DNA from: Escherichia coli
Lineage (GTDB): Bacteria; Pseudomonadota; Gammaproteobacteria; Enterobacterales; Enterobacteriaceae
Strand: one strand, 5' to 3'
DNA length: 64,000 nt
Assembly: GCF_013315695.1 (NCBI RefSeq)
Contig: NZ_CP054353.1
The translations under genes and the position numbers were made by a program. Shown here in pieces: positions 40,694 to 50,649 of the stretch. The notes beneath the pieces were generated by a model. The model was not told the origin of the DNA. It made no database searches and worked only from the letters and a program-made list of their open reading frames with translations. Within the stretch, counting starts at the first letter, position 1, and every line of letters starts with the position of its first letter.

Positions 40694-41391
40694 AGGGATT
40701 GCCAGTTAGCCGGCCAGGCGACATACAGGAATTTCACACTGGATGTCGTACCAAATTCGATGCTGGAGCCTTTCGGGATAAACATCACATCGCCTGCTTT
40801 GGCGATCATGGTTTCGCCTTCGTGGCGAACGTGCAGTTCCCCTTCCAGTACCATATCGATTTCGTCATAGTTGAGGGTCCACGGGAAGAAGGCGTTCTCC
40901 CACTGCATAAAACCGGCGGCCATGCTGCTGCCGTCGTCTCCGGTGACCAGATCCGTTAATCCGACGCAGTGTGGCTGTGCGCCGTCGAAACGACCAAACT
41001 TGACGCTGCTGCCATCAATCACTTTGATGCCGCCTTTGCCGGTCACCGATTTGAAGCTCGGCTGCATTGCACCCTGCTCCAGTGACTGTTTTTCCTTCAT
41101 CACTTTTTCCATCAGCTGCGCGACCAGGCTTTCGGTAAACTGGCCTTCCGGTAGCTGGGCGATGATGGTTTCGCGGATGCGCTGGCTTTCGGTTTTATCG
41201 GCTGGCACGCTGGCGGGAACGGACGTCGTTACCGCAGTCGATTCATCACATTCGGTGATGGTAAAACCCAACAGATCAGCCACTTCACGAGCTTCCGGGG
41301 TAATAATGCTGGCGCGCAGAACCACGGACATTGCCAGTTCGCCGCGCGCGTGTGCTTCACGAATATCATTCGCTGTGATGAGTTTTTTCAC
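40690..41391 (-). CDS. eutQ: Cupin-fold protein EutQ
   Basis: 233-aa ORF. Confidence 0.92.
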   Translation of the reverse strand: MKKLITANDIREAHARGELAMSVVLRASIITPEAREVADLLGFTITECDESTAVTTSVPASVPADKTESQRIRETIIAQLPEGQFTESLVAQLMEKVMKEKQSLEQGAMQPSFKSVTGKGGIKVIDGSSVKFGRFDGAQPHCVGLTDLVTGDDGSSMAAGFMQWENAFFPWTLNYDEIDMVLEGELHVRHEGETMIAKAGDVMFIPKGSSIEFGTTSSVKFLYVAWPANWQSL

Positions 41392-41845
41392 CTGCTTCCT
41401 CCTGTTTGGTGAGAGATGCCAGATAATCCACCAGTTGCTGCACGCTTTGCGGGTCGTGGCTGTTTAGCTCGAAAATCGGCTCTTCGAAGCCCGTCTCAAG
41501 CAATAACTTTCGCGTTGCGGCGACGTCAGCATCTGGCATGTCCGTTTTACTGATGACGGCGATTTGCCGTTTGCTGACGCCAATATCCAGCAACCCGGCA
41601 GGCAACCGACTTTCCGGGTCATTCGCGCCGTGGACATAGATCAGCATGTCCACATCCTGTAGCGTGGTAATTAAGGCGTGATACCAGCGGGGATGGCTAA
41701 AATATTCACCCGGCGTATCAATATCGCCCTTATCATTAAATTCCACGGCCTGTGTTTTTCTTGCGAGGGTATAATTCCCCTGCAACGCATTAAATAACGT
41801 TGTTTTTCCTGCCCCGACGGTACCCACAAACGCAATTCGTTTCAT
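41366..41845 (-). CDS. eutP: P-loop NTPase EutP
   Basis: 159-aa ORF with Walker A GTVGAGKTT; its GAGG RBS is retained 3' of the IS1 insertion point. Confidence 0.92.
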   Translation of the reverse strand: MKRIAFVGTVGAGKTTLFNALQGNYTLARKTQAVEFNDKGDIDTPGEYFSHPRWYHALITTLQDVDMLIYVHGANDPESRLPAGLLDIGVSKRQIAVISKTDMPDADVAATRKLLLETGFEEPIFELNSHDPQSVQQLVDYLASLTKQEEAGEKTHHSE

Positions 41846-41874
41846 GAATGCCTCGTATTAACTTTTGGTCATTT

Positions 41875-41883
41875 CACAAAGCG
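41875..41883. repeat. IS1 target-site duplication, left copy (CACAAAGCG)
   Basis: Identical 9-mer directly abuts both ends of the IS1 element. Confidence 0.85.
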
Positions 41884-41898
41884 GGTAATGACTCCAAC

Positions 41899-42402
41899 TT
41901 ATTGATAGTGTTTTATGTTCAGATAATGCCCGATGACTTTGTCATGCAGCTCCACCGATTTTGAGAACGACAGCGACTTCCGTCCCAGCCGTGCCAGGTG
42001 CTGCCTCAGATTCAGGTTATGCCGCTCAATTCGCTGCGTATATCGCTTGCTGATTACGTGCAGCTTTCCCTTCAGGCGGGATTCATACAGCGGCCAGCCA
42101 TCCGTCATCCATATCACCACGTCAAAGGGTGACAGCAGGCTCATAAGACGCCCCAGCGTCGCCATAGTGCGTTCACCGAATACGTGCGCAACAACCGTCT
42201 TCCGGAGCCTGTCATACGCGTAAAACAGCCAGCGCTGGCGCGATTTAGCCCCGACATAGCCCCACTGTTCGTCCATTTCCGCGCAGACGATGACGTCACT
42301 GCCCGGCTGTATGCGCGAGGTTACCGACTGCGGCCTGAGTTTTTTAAGTGACGTAAAATCGTGTTGAGGCCAACGCCCATAATGCGGGCTGTTGCCCGGC
42401 AT
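41899..42402 (-). CDS. insB: IS1 InsB (transposase C-terminal frame, expressed as InsAB' by -1 frameshift)
   Basis: 167-aa ORF matching IS1 InsB (…[21 protein letters not shown]…). Confidence 0.93.
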
Positions 42403-42596
42403 CCAACGCCATTCATGGCCATATCAATGATTTTCTGGTGCGTACCGGGTTGAGAAGCGGTGTAAGTGAACTGCAGTTGCCATGTTTTACGGCAGTGAGA
42501 GCAGAGATAGCGCTGATGTCCGGCGGTGCTTTTGCCGTTACGCACCACCCCGTCAGTAGCTGAACAGGAGGGACAGCTGATAGAAACAGAAGCCAC
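42321..42596 (-). CDS. insA: IS1 InsA (transposition inhibitor / N-terminal transposase frame)
   Basis: 91-aa [26 protein letters not shown]…; the A6C slippery run lies in the insA/insB overlap. Confidence 0.93.
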
Positions 42597-42646
42597 TGGA
42601 GCACCTCAAAAACACCATCATACACTAAATCAGTAAGTTGGCAGCA

Positions 42647-42970
42647 TCACCCACAAAGCGTATAATTTAATAAGCGTCCTAAACCACTGACGGTTTGTGA
42701 TAACGCTTCTTCTACTGCGCCCACCGAGCCATAAATCACCAGCGCGCCGCTAAAACGGTCGAGAAAACCGATATGCACATCGGCGGCTTTCAACGCTAAA
42801 TCACCGGCGATCATCGCCGTTTCTCCGGGAGTTAGCGTCATAATGCCAATTGCGCCCGCATCCGGAACGCCGATTTTCTTCGCCAGTTCCTCGCCGGGAT
42901 GCGCGATGAGATGCGCCAGTGTGACCTGTTTACCGGGCACAAATTCCTGAATGATGCGTTCTTTATCCAT
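42647..42970 (-). CDS. eutS: Microcompartment shell protein EutS with C-terminus rewritten by the IS1 insertion
   Basis: Product from ATG at 42970 ([21 protein letters not shown]…, permuted BMC domain); reading frame enters the IS1 inverted repeat and stops at 42647-42649. Confidence 0.88.
42652..42660. repeat. IS1 target-site duplication, right copy (CACAAAGCG)
   Basis: Identical 9-mer directly abuts both ends of the IS1 element. Confidence 0.85.
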
Positions 42971-43335
42971 GAGTCGCCGCCTGTGAAAAACTTTCGTGTA
43001 TCGTGACAATTTTTCGTCAGAGTAAATAACAAAATTCGGCAAGCGCGTTTAAAAGGTGAGGTAGATCACGAACAATGGGGAAAATACTTTATGCAAAGAA
43101 AATCACATACATCACATGAATACAAACAGGAGTCGATAAGTTTTATTTATCATATGTTACCCACCCCATTTTTAATGGTTCTTCGCATAACCCTATGTAG
43201 CATTTATAATAATTATCAGAATACATATCCCATGAACTGTTGTATTCTGAAAATATTATTATACTCACCCCATTTAAGGTACAACATAAACGATGAGTTT
43301 ATTCAGGGCATAAAAGAAATGGATGGATACCTGTA
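42971..43335. promoter_or_regulatory. Divergent AT-rich control region: eut operon promoter (upstream of eutS) and promoter of the glycosyltransferase gene
   Basis: 365-bp visibly AT-rich intergenic region between divergent eutS and the GT gene; the main eut promoter is known to lie upstream of eutS; individual sites not resolved. Confidence 0.4.
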
Positions 43336-44406
43336 ATGAAAATTCACTACCTTGTCACCACTCTCGAAACGGGAGGCGCTGAATTTGCGATTCCTGATAT
43401 TGTGACTACTCTACAAGATCTTGGTCATGAGGTGAAAATTTATGTATGTGAACCCCGAGATATGGGCGCGGCACCGCGTCTGAAAGCGGCCGGTTTATCC
43501 TGGTGTTTATTATCAAATCGGCGGCGTTCTGTTCCAGTGCTTGTCGGTGCTTATCTGGCAAAAATCATTTACGACAAACCCGATCTCATCTGGACTTCGT
43601 TAAGTTGGGGGACGCGTATTGGACAATGGGGCGGCCGACTTATGGGCATTCCGGTTATCAGTTTTAAACATAGCGCCAGCGTAAAACCAGCAACCTGGCG
43701 TATGCGCAGCATGTCACGTTTATGGATTGGCGATTCTGCAACCGTAACTCAATACCTGCATGAAACCATGCGGATCCCGAAGCAACAAGTGATGTGCTGG
43801 CCTTTTTTTCAGGCTAATCCGCAAGCTGCTCAAGCGAAAAAGTGGGACGGGGTATCAGTTTTACAATTAGGCACCGTTGGTCGCCTGCATGAAGTTAAAA
43901 ATTACGCAGGATTAATTACTGCACTCGCTTCGTTTGTCGATAAAAACCCGCAATTGCGCTCGCGAATCCGACTAACCCTTCTCGGTGAGGGAGCCGAACA
44001 AGAGGTTTTGAAAAAGACCATAACACAACACGCCATGGAGGATGTAGTTTGTTTAGCGGGGTTTTCTGCGGATATCGAAAATTTTCTTGCCGGATTACAT
44101 GTCTATATCCAAACTTCCCGCTACGAAGGGATGTGCCTCGCCGCACACGAAGCCATGAATGCAGGGCTTGCGATCATTACGCCCCCTGTAGGTGAACTTA
44201 AAGAATCGGTAATTGATGGTCATACCGGCTATATACTTAATGGCGAACTAACTCCAGCACTGGAGGAAGTACTTAACCGTATTTTCAATGAACCCACAGA
44301 ATTACAACACTATGGGCAAAATGCGCGTCAGTATGTATTACAGAAATTCAGCCATGAAAATTTTGTCCAGTCTGCAATCAACATTGTTAATAGACTTATT
44401 CACTGA
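43336..44406 (+). CDS. Glycosyltransferase, GT-B fold, family-4-like (retaining), orphan accessory gene
   Basis: 356-aa ORF; N-terminal Gly-rich motif (TLETGGAEFAIPDIVTTLQDLGHEV) and C-terminal EX7E motif (YEGMCLAAHEAMNAGLAIITPPVGE) typical of GT4 enzymes; lower G+C than neighbours. Confidence 0.75.
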   Translation: MKIHYLVTTLETGGAEFAIPDIVTTLQDLGHEVKIYVCEPRDMGAAPRLKAAGLSWCLLSNRRRSVPVLVGAYLAKIIYDKPDLIWTSLSWGTRIGQWGGRLMGIPVISFKHSASVKPATWRMRSMSRLWIGDSATVTQYLHETMRIPKQQVMCWPFFQANPQAAQAKKWDGVSVLQLGTVGRLHEVKNYAGLITALASFVDKNPQLRSRIRLTLLGEGAEQEVLKKTITQHAMEDVVCLAGFSADIENFLAGLHVYIQTSRYEGMCLAAHEAMNAGLAIITPPVGELKESVIDGHTGYILNGELTPALEEVLNRIFNEPTELQHYGQNARQYVLQKFSHENFVQSAINIVNRLIH

Positions 44407-44409
44407 ATA

Positions 44410-44445
44410 AGGCAGTAAAAAGGCATTTTTTGGTACTGCCTTTTC
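44410..44445 (+). terminator. Terminator-like hairpin after the glycosyltransferase gene
   Basis: GGCAGTA…TACTGCC stem with inner A5/T5 pairing, followed by TTTTC. Confidence 0.4.
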
Positions 44446-44954
44446 ACCGAATACTATGGTTATCGTACTTGTCGTGGCGATGGGAAAAGTCGTTACAGTT
44501 TTCATTCCCTTGCATAGCCGTGACGCCCCCTTTTCACACACAAAGAAAATGGTGGATGTTTTATACTCCTCCACCACCAAAGGCAGTCAAGATGGATAAG
44601 TTAATGCTCGCCCATGCCCCCAATTTATGGGCCATGGAAAAACGTCTTGCAAACAGCTGTGTACGGGAATAATAGCAGTGCGGGTATGAGCAAGACATTA
44701 TTTTATCATGACGGGCAAAATTGCAGCCGGACCTAGGGCGGTGCATTGCAGATGCTGAAACTGGACCCGCTATGTTTATTATCTCCAGAATTTAATGCGT
44801 CTGGAAGTACCTACAACTGCTGCGCCTTTTATTGATGGCATGCATACGCTTTCTGGTGTTGGCGACGTTACATTCATGATGCCTGGCTACAACTTAAGGG
44901 CTCGCCTCAGCAATTCTGAGTGGATGTACAGCGGCGTATACAGAAGTGGGTCAG

Positions 44955-44990
44955 CAAAACCGCTTACCCCGAATAAACAGGGTAAGCGTG
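44955..44990 (-). terminator. Terminator-like hairpin downstream of maeB
   Basis: Minus strand reads CGCTTACCC-tgtttattc-GGGTAAGCG followed by GTTTTGCTG. Confidence 0.45.
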
Positions 44991-45005
44991 ATTTAAAGGA
45001 ATGAA

Positions 45006-47285
45006 TTACAGCGGTTGGGTTTGCGCTTCTACCACGGCCAGCGCCACCATGTTGACGATACGACGTACCGATGCGATCGGCGTTAACACGTGAACCGGTT
45101 TCGCCACGCCCATCAGCACCGGACCGACTGTCACACCTTCCGAGCTGGAAACGCGCAGTAAGTTGTAACTAATGCGGGCAGCTTCCATGTTCGGCATCAC
45201 CAGAATATTAGCGGAACCTTTCAAAGGGCTGTCCGGCATACGGTCGTTGCGAATCGCTTCCACCAGCGCTGCATCGCCGTGCATTTCACCATCAATCATC
45301 AGTTCTGGCGCACGTTCCCTGACCAGTTCCAGCGCCTGACGCATTTTGCTCGACGACGGGCAGTCAGAAGAACCAAAGTTGGAGTGCGACAACAGAGCCA
45401 CACGCGGTTCAATACCAAAACGACGAACAGTTTCTGCCGCCATCAAGGTGATCTCCGCCAGCTCTTCTGCATCAGGCTCATCATTGACGTAGGTATCGGC
45501 AATAAAGGTGTTACCACTCGGCAACAGCAGCGCGTTCATGGCACCTGCGGTGTGAACGCCATCGCGATAACCAAAGACATTTTTCACCACGCTAAAGTGT
45601 TCATGATAATCGCCCACCGTACCGCAAATCATTGCATCGGCTTCGCCACGCTGAACCATGATCGCGCCGATCACTGTCGGGTTACTGATCAGCGCACGCT
45701 GCGCCTGCTCCTGAGTGACACCGCGACGCTTCATGATCTGGAAGTATTCGGTCCAGTACTCTTTAAAGCGCGGATCGGATTCGTTATTGACGATCTCAAA
45801 ATCAACACCCGCTTTGATCTGCAAGCCCAGTTTCTGAATGCGCATTTCGATCACGTTCGGACGACCAATAAGGATCGGTTTCGCCAGTCCCAGCGTTACC
45901 AGTTCCTGAGTGGCATGCAGAACGCGCGCCTCTTCCCCTTCCGGCAGAACGACGCGCTTCGGCGCTTTGCGAGCCTGGGAGAAAATCGGCTTCATAAACA
46001 GGTTGGTTTTGTAAACGAACTCCGTCAGCTTGTCGATGTAGACGTCGAAATCAGCAATCGGACGCGTCGCCACGCCCGACTCCATCGCGGCTTTAGCGAC
46101 CGCAGGAGCGATCTTAACGATCAAGCGCGGATCAAACGGTTTTGGAATGATGTATTCCGGACCAAAGCTCAGATCCTGATCGCCATAAGCTGAAGCCACC
46201 ACTTCACTCTGTTCCGCATGGGCCAGTTCTGCAATCGCGTGTACCGCCGCCAGTTTCATCTCTTCGTTGATGGCGGTTGCGCCAACGTCCAGCGCGCCAC
46301 GGAAGATGAACGGGAAGCAAAGCACGTTATTAACCTGGTTCGGGTAGTCGGAACGGCCGGTACAGATGATGGCATCCGGACGCACTTCTTTCGCCAGCGG
46401 CGGCAGAATTTCTGGTTCCGGGTTCGCAAGCGCCAGGATCATCGGCGCACGAGCCATTTTCTTCACCATTTCCTGGGTCAGCACTTTCGGGCCGGAACAA
46501 CCCAGGAAAATATCCGCGCCTTCAATCACATCATCGAGGGTACGTTTGCCGTCATCCACTACCGCATATGCGGCTTTGGTTTCCGCCATGTTTGGCTCAC
46601 GGCCCTGATAGATAACGCCTTTTGAATCGCAAACCACGATGTTATGTTTTTGCAGCCCCAGCGCCACCAGCAGGTTCATACAGGCGATTGCTGCGGCACC
46701 CGCGCCAGAAACCACCATCCGCACGTCGGAGATGTTTTTCTCCACCACGCGCAAGCCGTTGAGGATGGCGGCAGTGCTGATAATTGCCGTGCCGTGCTGA
46801 TCGTCGTGGAATACCGGAATATTCATCCGCTCGCGCAGTTTCTGTTCAATATAGAAACATTCTGGCGCTTTAATGTCTTCGAGGTTGATGCCGCCGAAGG
46901 TCGGTTCGAGCGCAGCGACGACTTCAATAAATTTGTCCGGGTCGAGTTCATCAACTTCAATGTCAAATACATCAATCCCGGCGAATTTCTTAAACAGAAC
47001 ACCCTTGCCTTCCATCACCGGTTTGCCTGCCAGCGCGCCAATGTTGCCTAACCCCAGCACTGCCGTACCGTTAGAGATCACCGCTACCAGGTTACCGCGC
47101 GCGGTATATTTGTAGGCTTTTAACGGGTCTTTTTCGATTTCAAGACAAGGTGCGGCAACGCCTGGTGAGTAGGCCAGCGCCAGATCGCGCTGCGTTGCCA
47201 GAGGCTTGGTTGGAGAAACCTGGATTTTCCCTGGAACTGGAAATTCATGGAAATCAAGTGCACTTTGTTTTAACTGGTCATCCAT
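45006..47285 (-). CDS. maeB: NADP-dependent malic enzyme (malic enzyme + PTA-like domain)
   Basis: 759-aa ORF. Confidence 0.96.
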   Translation of the reverse strand: MDDQLKQSALDFHEFPVPGKIQVSPTKPLATQRDLALAYSPGVAAPCLEIEKDPLKAYKYTARGNLVAVISNGTAVLGLGNIGALAGKPVMEGKGVLFKKFAGIDVFDIEVDELDPDKFIEVVAALEPTFGGINLEDIKAPECFYIEQKLRERMNIPVFHDDQHGTAIISTAAILNGLRVVEKNISDVRMVVSGAGAAAIACMNLLVALGLQKHNIVVCDSKGVIYQGREPNMAETKAAYAVVDDGKRTLDDVIEGADIFLGCSGPKVLTQEMVKKMARAPMILALANPEPEILPPLAKEVRPDAIICTGRSDYPNQVNNVLCFPFIFRGALDVGATAINEEMKLAAVHAIAELAHAEQSEVVASAYGDQDLSFGPEYIIPKPFDPRLIVKIAPAVAKAAMESGVATRPIADFDVYIDKLTEFVYKTNLFMKPIFSQARKAPKRVVLPEGEEARVLHATQELVTLGLAKPILIGRPNVIEMRIQKLGLQIKAGVDFEIVNNESDPRFKEYWTEYFQIMKRRGVTQEQAQRALISNPTVIGAIMVQRGEADAMICGTVGDYHEHFSVVKNVFGYRDGVHTAGAMNALLLPSGNTFIADTYVNDEPDAEELAEITLMAAETVRRFGIEPRVALLSHSNFGSSDCPSSSKMRQALELVRERAPELMIDGEMHGDAALVEAIRNDRMPDSPLKGSANILVMPNMEAARISYNLLRVSSSEGVTVGPVLMGVAKPVHVLTPIASVRRIVNMVALAVVEAQTQPL

Positions 47286-47573
47286 TTGGTTGTTCCTTTC
47301 ACGTAACGTTCACAAATAAAGTGTGTGGGCAACAGCCCCTGCCCACAACGTGGCGCACATTATTACCTTGCCGGAGTCTACAGACTTTGAGCAAGTCCAA
47401 ACTCTCACCATTAATATAATGTTTTGGTAATAATCCTATAACACTGATGTTACCTGCTTAATCCAGCAATACCATGCCTGTCTGCTATGCTTTTTTGATG
47501 CGTTTAGCGAAATTTCTCAGAAGTGTGAATTAACGCACTCATCTAACACTTTACTTTTCAAGGAGTATTTCCT

Positions 47574-48524
47574 ATGAACGAGTTAGACGGCATCAAACAG
47601 TTCACCACTGTCGTGGCAGACAGCGGCGATATTGAGTCCATTCGCCATTATCATCCCCAGGATGCCACCACCAATCCTTCGCTGTTACTCAAGGCTGCCG
47701 GATTATCACAATATGAGCATTTAATAGACGATGCTATCGCCTGGGGTAAAAAAAATGGCAAGACCCAGGAACAACAGGTGGTCGCTGCATGTGACAAACT
47801 GGCGGTCAATTTCGGTACTGAAATTCTCAAAATCGTACCCGGTCGCGTGTCAACAGAAGTTGATGCTCGCCTCTCTTTTGATAAAGAAAAAAGTATTGAG
47901 AAGGCGCGCCATTTGGTGGACTTGTATCAGCAACAAGGCGTTGAGAAATCACGTATTCTGATCAAGCTGGCTTCAACCTGGGAAGGAATTCGCGCGGCAG
48001 AAGAACTGGAAAAAGAAGGTATTAACTGCAACCTGACGCTACTGTTTTCTTTTGCTCAGGCGCGGGCCTGTGCAGAAGCAGGCGTTTTTCTGATTTCGCC
48101 GTTTGTCGGGCGTATTTATGACTGGTATCAGGCGCGTAAGCCGATGGACCCGTATGTGGTGGAAGAAGATCCAGGCGTTAAATCAGTACGCAATATCTAC
48201 GACTACTATAAGCAACACCACTATGAAACCATTGTGATGGGCGCGAGTTTCCGTCGCACCGAACAAATCCTCGCCTTAACCGGCTGCGATCGACTGACTA
48301 TCGCACCGAATTTGCTAAAGGAGCTGCAGGAAAAAGTTTCGCCAGTGGTACGTAAATTAATCCCACCTTCTCAGACGTTCCCACGCCCAGCTCCCATGAG
48401 CGAAGCGGAGTTCCGTTGGGAGCACAATCAGGATGCAATGGCGGTAGAAAAACTGTCTGAAGGCATTCGTCTGTTCGCCGTTGATCAACGCAAACTGGAA
48501 GATCTTCTTGCCGCCAAACTATAA
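47574..48524 (+). CDS. talA: Transaldolase A
   Basis: 316-aa ORF. Confidence 0.95.
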   Translation: MNELDGIKQFTTVVADSGDIESIRHYHPQDATTNPSLLLKAAGLSQYEHLIDDAIAWGKKNGKTQEQQVVAACDKLAVNFGTEILKIVPGRVSTEVDARLSFDKEKSIEKARHLVDLYQQQGVEKSRILIKLASTWEGIRAAEELEKEGINCNLTLLFSFAQARACAEAGVFLISPFVGRIYDWYQARKPMDPYVVEEDPGVKSVRNIYDYYKQHHYETIVMGASFRRTEQILALTGCDRLTIAPNLLKELQEKVSPVVRKLIPPSQTFPRPAPMSEAEFRWEHNQDAMAVEKLSEGIRLFAVDQRKLEDLLAAKL

Positions 48525-48543
48525 ACCAGCCACGGAGTGTTAT

Positions 48544-50547
48544 ATGTCCCGAAAAGACCTTGCCAATGCGATTCGCGCACTCAGTATGGATGCGGTACAA
48601 AAAGCCAATTCTGGTCATCCCGGCGCGCCGATGGGCATGGCTGATATTGCCGAAGTGCTGTGGAACGATTTTCTTAAACATAATCCTACCGACCCAACCT
48701 GGTATGATCGCGACCGCTTTATTCTTTCCAACGGTCACGCGTCGATGCTGCTCTACAGTTTGCTGCATCTGACCGGTTACGACCTGCCGCTGGAAGAACT
48801 GAAGAACTTCCGTCAGTTGCATTCGAAAACCCCTGGTCACCCGGAAATCGGCTATACGCCTGGTGTTGAAACCACCACCGGTCCACTTGGACAAGGTTTG
48901 GCGAACGCCGTCGGGCTGGCGATAGCAGAGCGTACGCTGGCGGCGCAGTTTAACCAGCCAGATCATGAAATTGTCGATCACTTCACCTATGTGTTTATGG
49001 GCGACGGCTGCCTGATGGAAGGTATTTCCCACGAAGTCTGTTCGCTGGCGGGCACGCTGGGACTGGGCAAGCTGATTGGTTTTTACGATCACAACGGTAT
49101 TTCCATCGACGGTGAAACCGAAGGCTGGTTTACCGACGATACAGCAAAACGTTTTGAAGCCTATCACTGGCATGTGATCCACGAGATCGACGGTCACGAT
49201 CCGCAGGCGGTGAAGGAAGCGATCCTTGAAGCGCAAAGCGTGAAAGATAAGCCGTCGCTGATTATCTGCCGTACGGTGATTGGCTTTGGTTCGCCGAATA
49301 AAGCAGGTAAGGAAGAGGCGCACGGCGCACCACTGGGGGAAGAAGAAGTGGCGCTGGCACGGCAAAAACTGGGCTGGCACCATCCGCCATTTGAGATCCC
49401 TAAAGAGATTTATCACGCCTGGGATGCCCGCGAAAAAGGCGAAAAAGCGCAGCAGAGCTGGAATGAGAAGTTTGCCGCCTATAAAAAGGCTCATCCGCAA
49501 CTGGCAGAAGAGTTTACCCGTCGGATGAGCGGTGGTTTACCGAAGGACTGGGAGAAAACGACTCAGAAATATATCAATGAGTTGCAGGCGAATCCGGCGA
49601 AAATCGCTACCCGTAAGGCTTCGCAAAATACGCTTAACGCTTACGGGCCTATGCTACCGGAGCTGCTCGGCGGTTCGGCGGATCTGGCTCCCAGCAACCT
49701 GACCATCTGGAAAGGTTCTGTTTCGCTGAAGGAAGATCCGGCGGGCAACTACATTCACTACGGGGTGCGTGAATTTGGCATGACCGCTATCGCCAACGGC
49801 ATTGCGCACCACGGCGGCTTTGTGCCGTATACCGCGACGTTCCTGATGTTTGTTGAATACGCCCGTAACGCCGCGCGGATGGCGGCACTGATGAAAGCGC
49901 GGCAGATTATGGTTTATACCCACGACTCAATTGGCCTGGGCGAAGATGGTCCTACGCACCAGGCTGTTGAGCAACTGGCCAGTCTGCGCTTAACGCCAAA
50001 TTTCAGCACCTGGCGACCGTGCGATCAGGTGGAAGCAGCGGTGGGCTGGAAGCTGGCGGTTGAGCGCCACAACGGACCGACGGCACTGATCCTCTCCAGG
50101 CAGAATCTGGCCCAGGTGGAACGTACGCCGGATCAGGTTAAAGAGATTGCTCGTGGTGGTTATGTGTTGAAAGACAGCGGCGGTAAGCCAGATATTATTT
50201 TGATTGCCACCGGTTCAGAGATGGAAATCACCCTGCAAGCGGCAGAGAAATTAGCGGGAGAAGGTCGCAATGTACGCGTAGTTTCCCTGCCCTCGACCGA
50301 TATTTTCGACGCCCAGGATGAGGAATATCGGGAGTCGGTGTTGCCTTCTAACGTTGCGGCTCGCGTAGCGGTGGAAGCAGGCATCGCCGATTACTGGTAC
50401 AAGTATGTTGGTCTGAAAGGGGCAATTGTCGGGATGACGGGTTACGGGGAATCTGCTCCGGCGGATAAGCTGTTCCCGTTCTTTGGCTTTACCGCCGAGA
50501 ATATTGTGGCAAAAGCGCATAAGGTGCTGGGAGTGAAAGGTGCCTGA
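48544..50547 (+). CDS. tktB: Transketolase 2
   Basis: 667-aa product from ATG at 48544 ([40 protein letters not shown]…); ORF track start at 48481 overlaps talA and is an extension. Confidence 0.95.
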   Translation: MSRKDLANAIRALSMDAVQKANSGHPGAPMGMADIAEVLWNDFLKHNPTDPTWYDRDRFILSNGHASMLLYSLLHLTGYDLPLEELKNFRQLHSKTPGHPEIGYTPGVETTTGPLGQGLANAVGLAIAERTLAAQFNQPDHEIVDHFTYVFMGDGCLMEGISHEVCSLAGTLGLGKLIGFYDHNGISIDGETEGWFTDDTAKRFEAYHWHVIHEIDGHDPQAVKEAILEAQSVKDKPSLIICRTVIGFGSPNKAGKEEAHGAPLGEEEVALARQKLGWHHPPFEIPKEIYHAWDAREKGEKAQQSWNEKFAAYKKAHPQLAEEFTRRMSGGLPKDWEKTTQKYINELQANPAKIATRKASQNTLNAYGPMLPELLGGSADLAPSNLTIWKGSVSLKEDPAGNYIHYGVREFGMTAIANGIAHHGGFVPYTATFLMFVEYARNAARMAALMKARQIMVYTHDSIGLGEDGPTHQAVEQLASLRLTPNFSTWRPCDQVEAAVGWKLAVERHNGPTALILSRQNLAQVERTPDQVKEIARGGYVLKDSGGKPDIILIATGSEMEITLQAAEKLAGEGRNVRVVSLPSTDIFDAQDEEYRESVLPSNVAARVAVEAGIADYWYKYVGLKGAIVGMTGYGESAPADKLFPFFGFTAENIVAKAHKVLGVKGA

Positions 50548-50649
50548 TGGTGATCGCCGGATGCTGTATGTTCCCCTAACCCTAACCCTCTCCCCAGAGG
50601 GGCGAGGAGACAGTCTGTGCGCTTTTTAGGGGCGCATCTGGGATTTTGT

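Larger units (their letters stand above)
41884..42651 (-). mobile_element. Insertion sequence IS1, complete 768-bp copy
   Basis: Terminal inverted repeats GGTAATGACTCCAACTTATTGAT (41884-41906) and ATCAGTAAGTTGGCAGCATCACC (42629-42651); insA and insB ORFs in IS1 arrangement on minus strand; flanking 9-bp direct repeat. Confidence 0.95.

Noticed and set aside
43091-43336. 81-aa ORF in the AT-rich region upstream of the glycosyltransferase
   Set aside because: AT-rich promoter-like DNA; codon usage and composition atypical of coding sequence; ends exactly where the GT gene starts
44795-45004. 69-aa ORF abutting the maeB stop
   Set aside because: No RBS or recognisable domain; overlaps the predicted maeB terminator hairpin; kept only as part of the non-coding-region finding
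45279-46193. 304-aa plus-strand ORF antisense to maeB
   Set aside because: Embedded in maeB on the opposite strand; low-complexity translation; no independent support
48298-49500. 400-aa minus-strand ORF antisense to talA/tktB
   Set aside because: Spans two well-supported plus-strand genes including their intergenic region; antisense artifact
50561-50575. Telomere-like CCCTAA tandem as a functional repeat
   Set aside because: Only two hexamer copies, within a terminator-like region; most likely coincidental; retained only as a low-interest note
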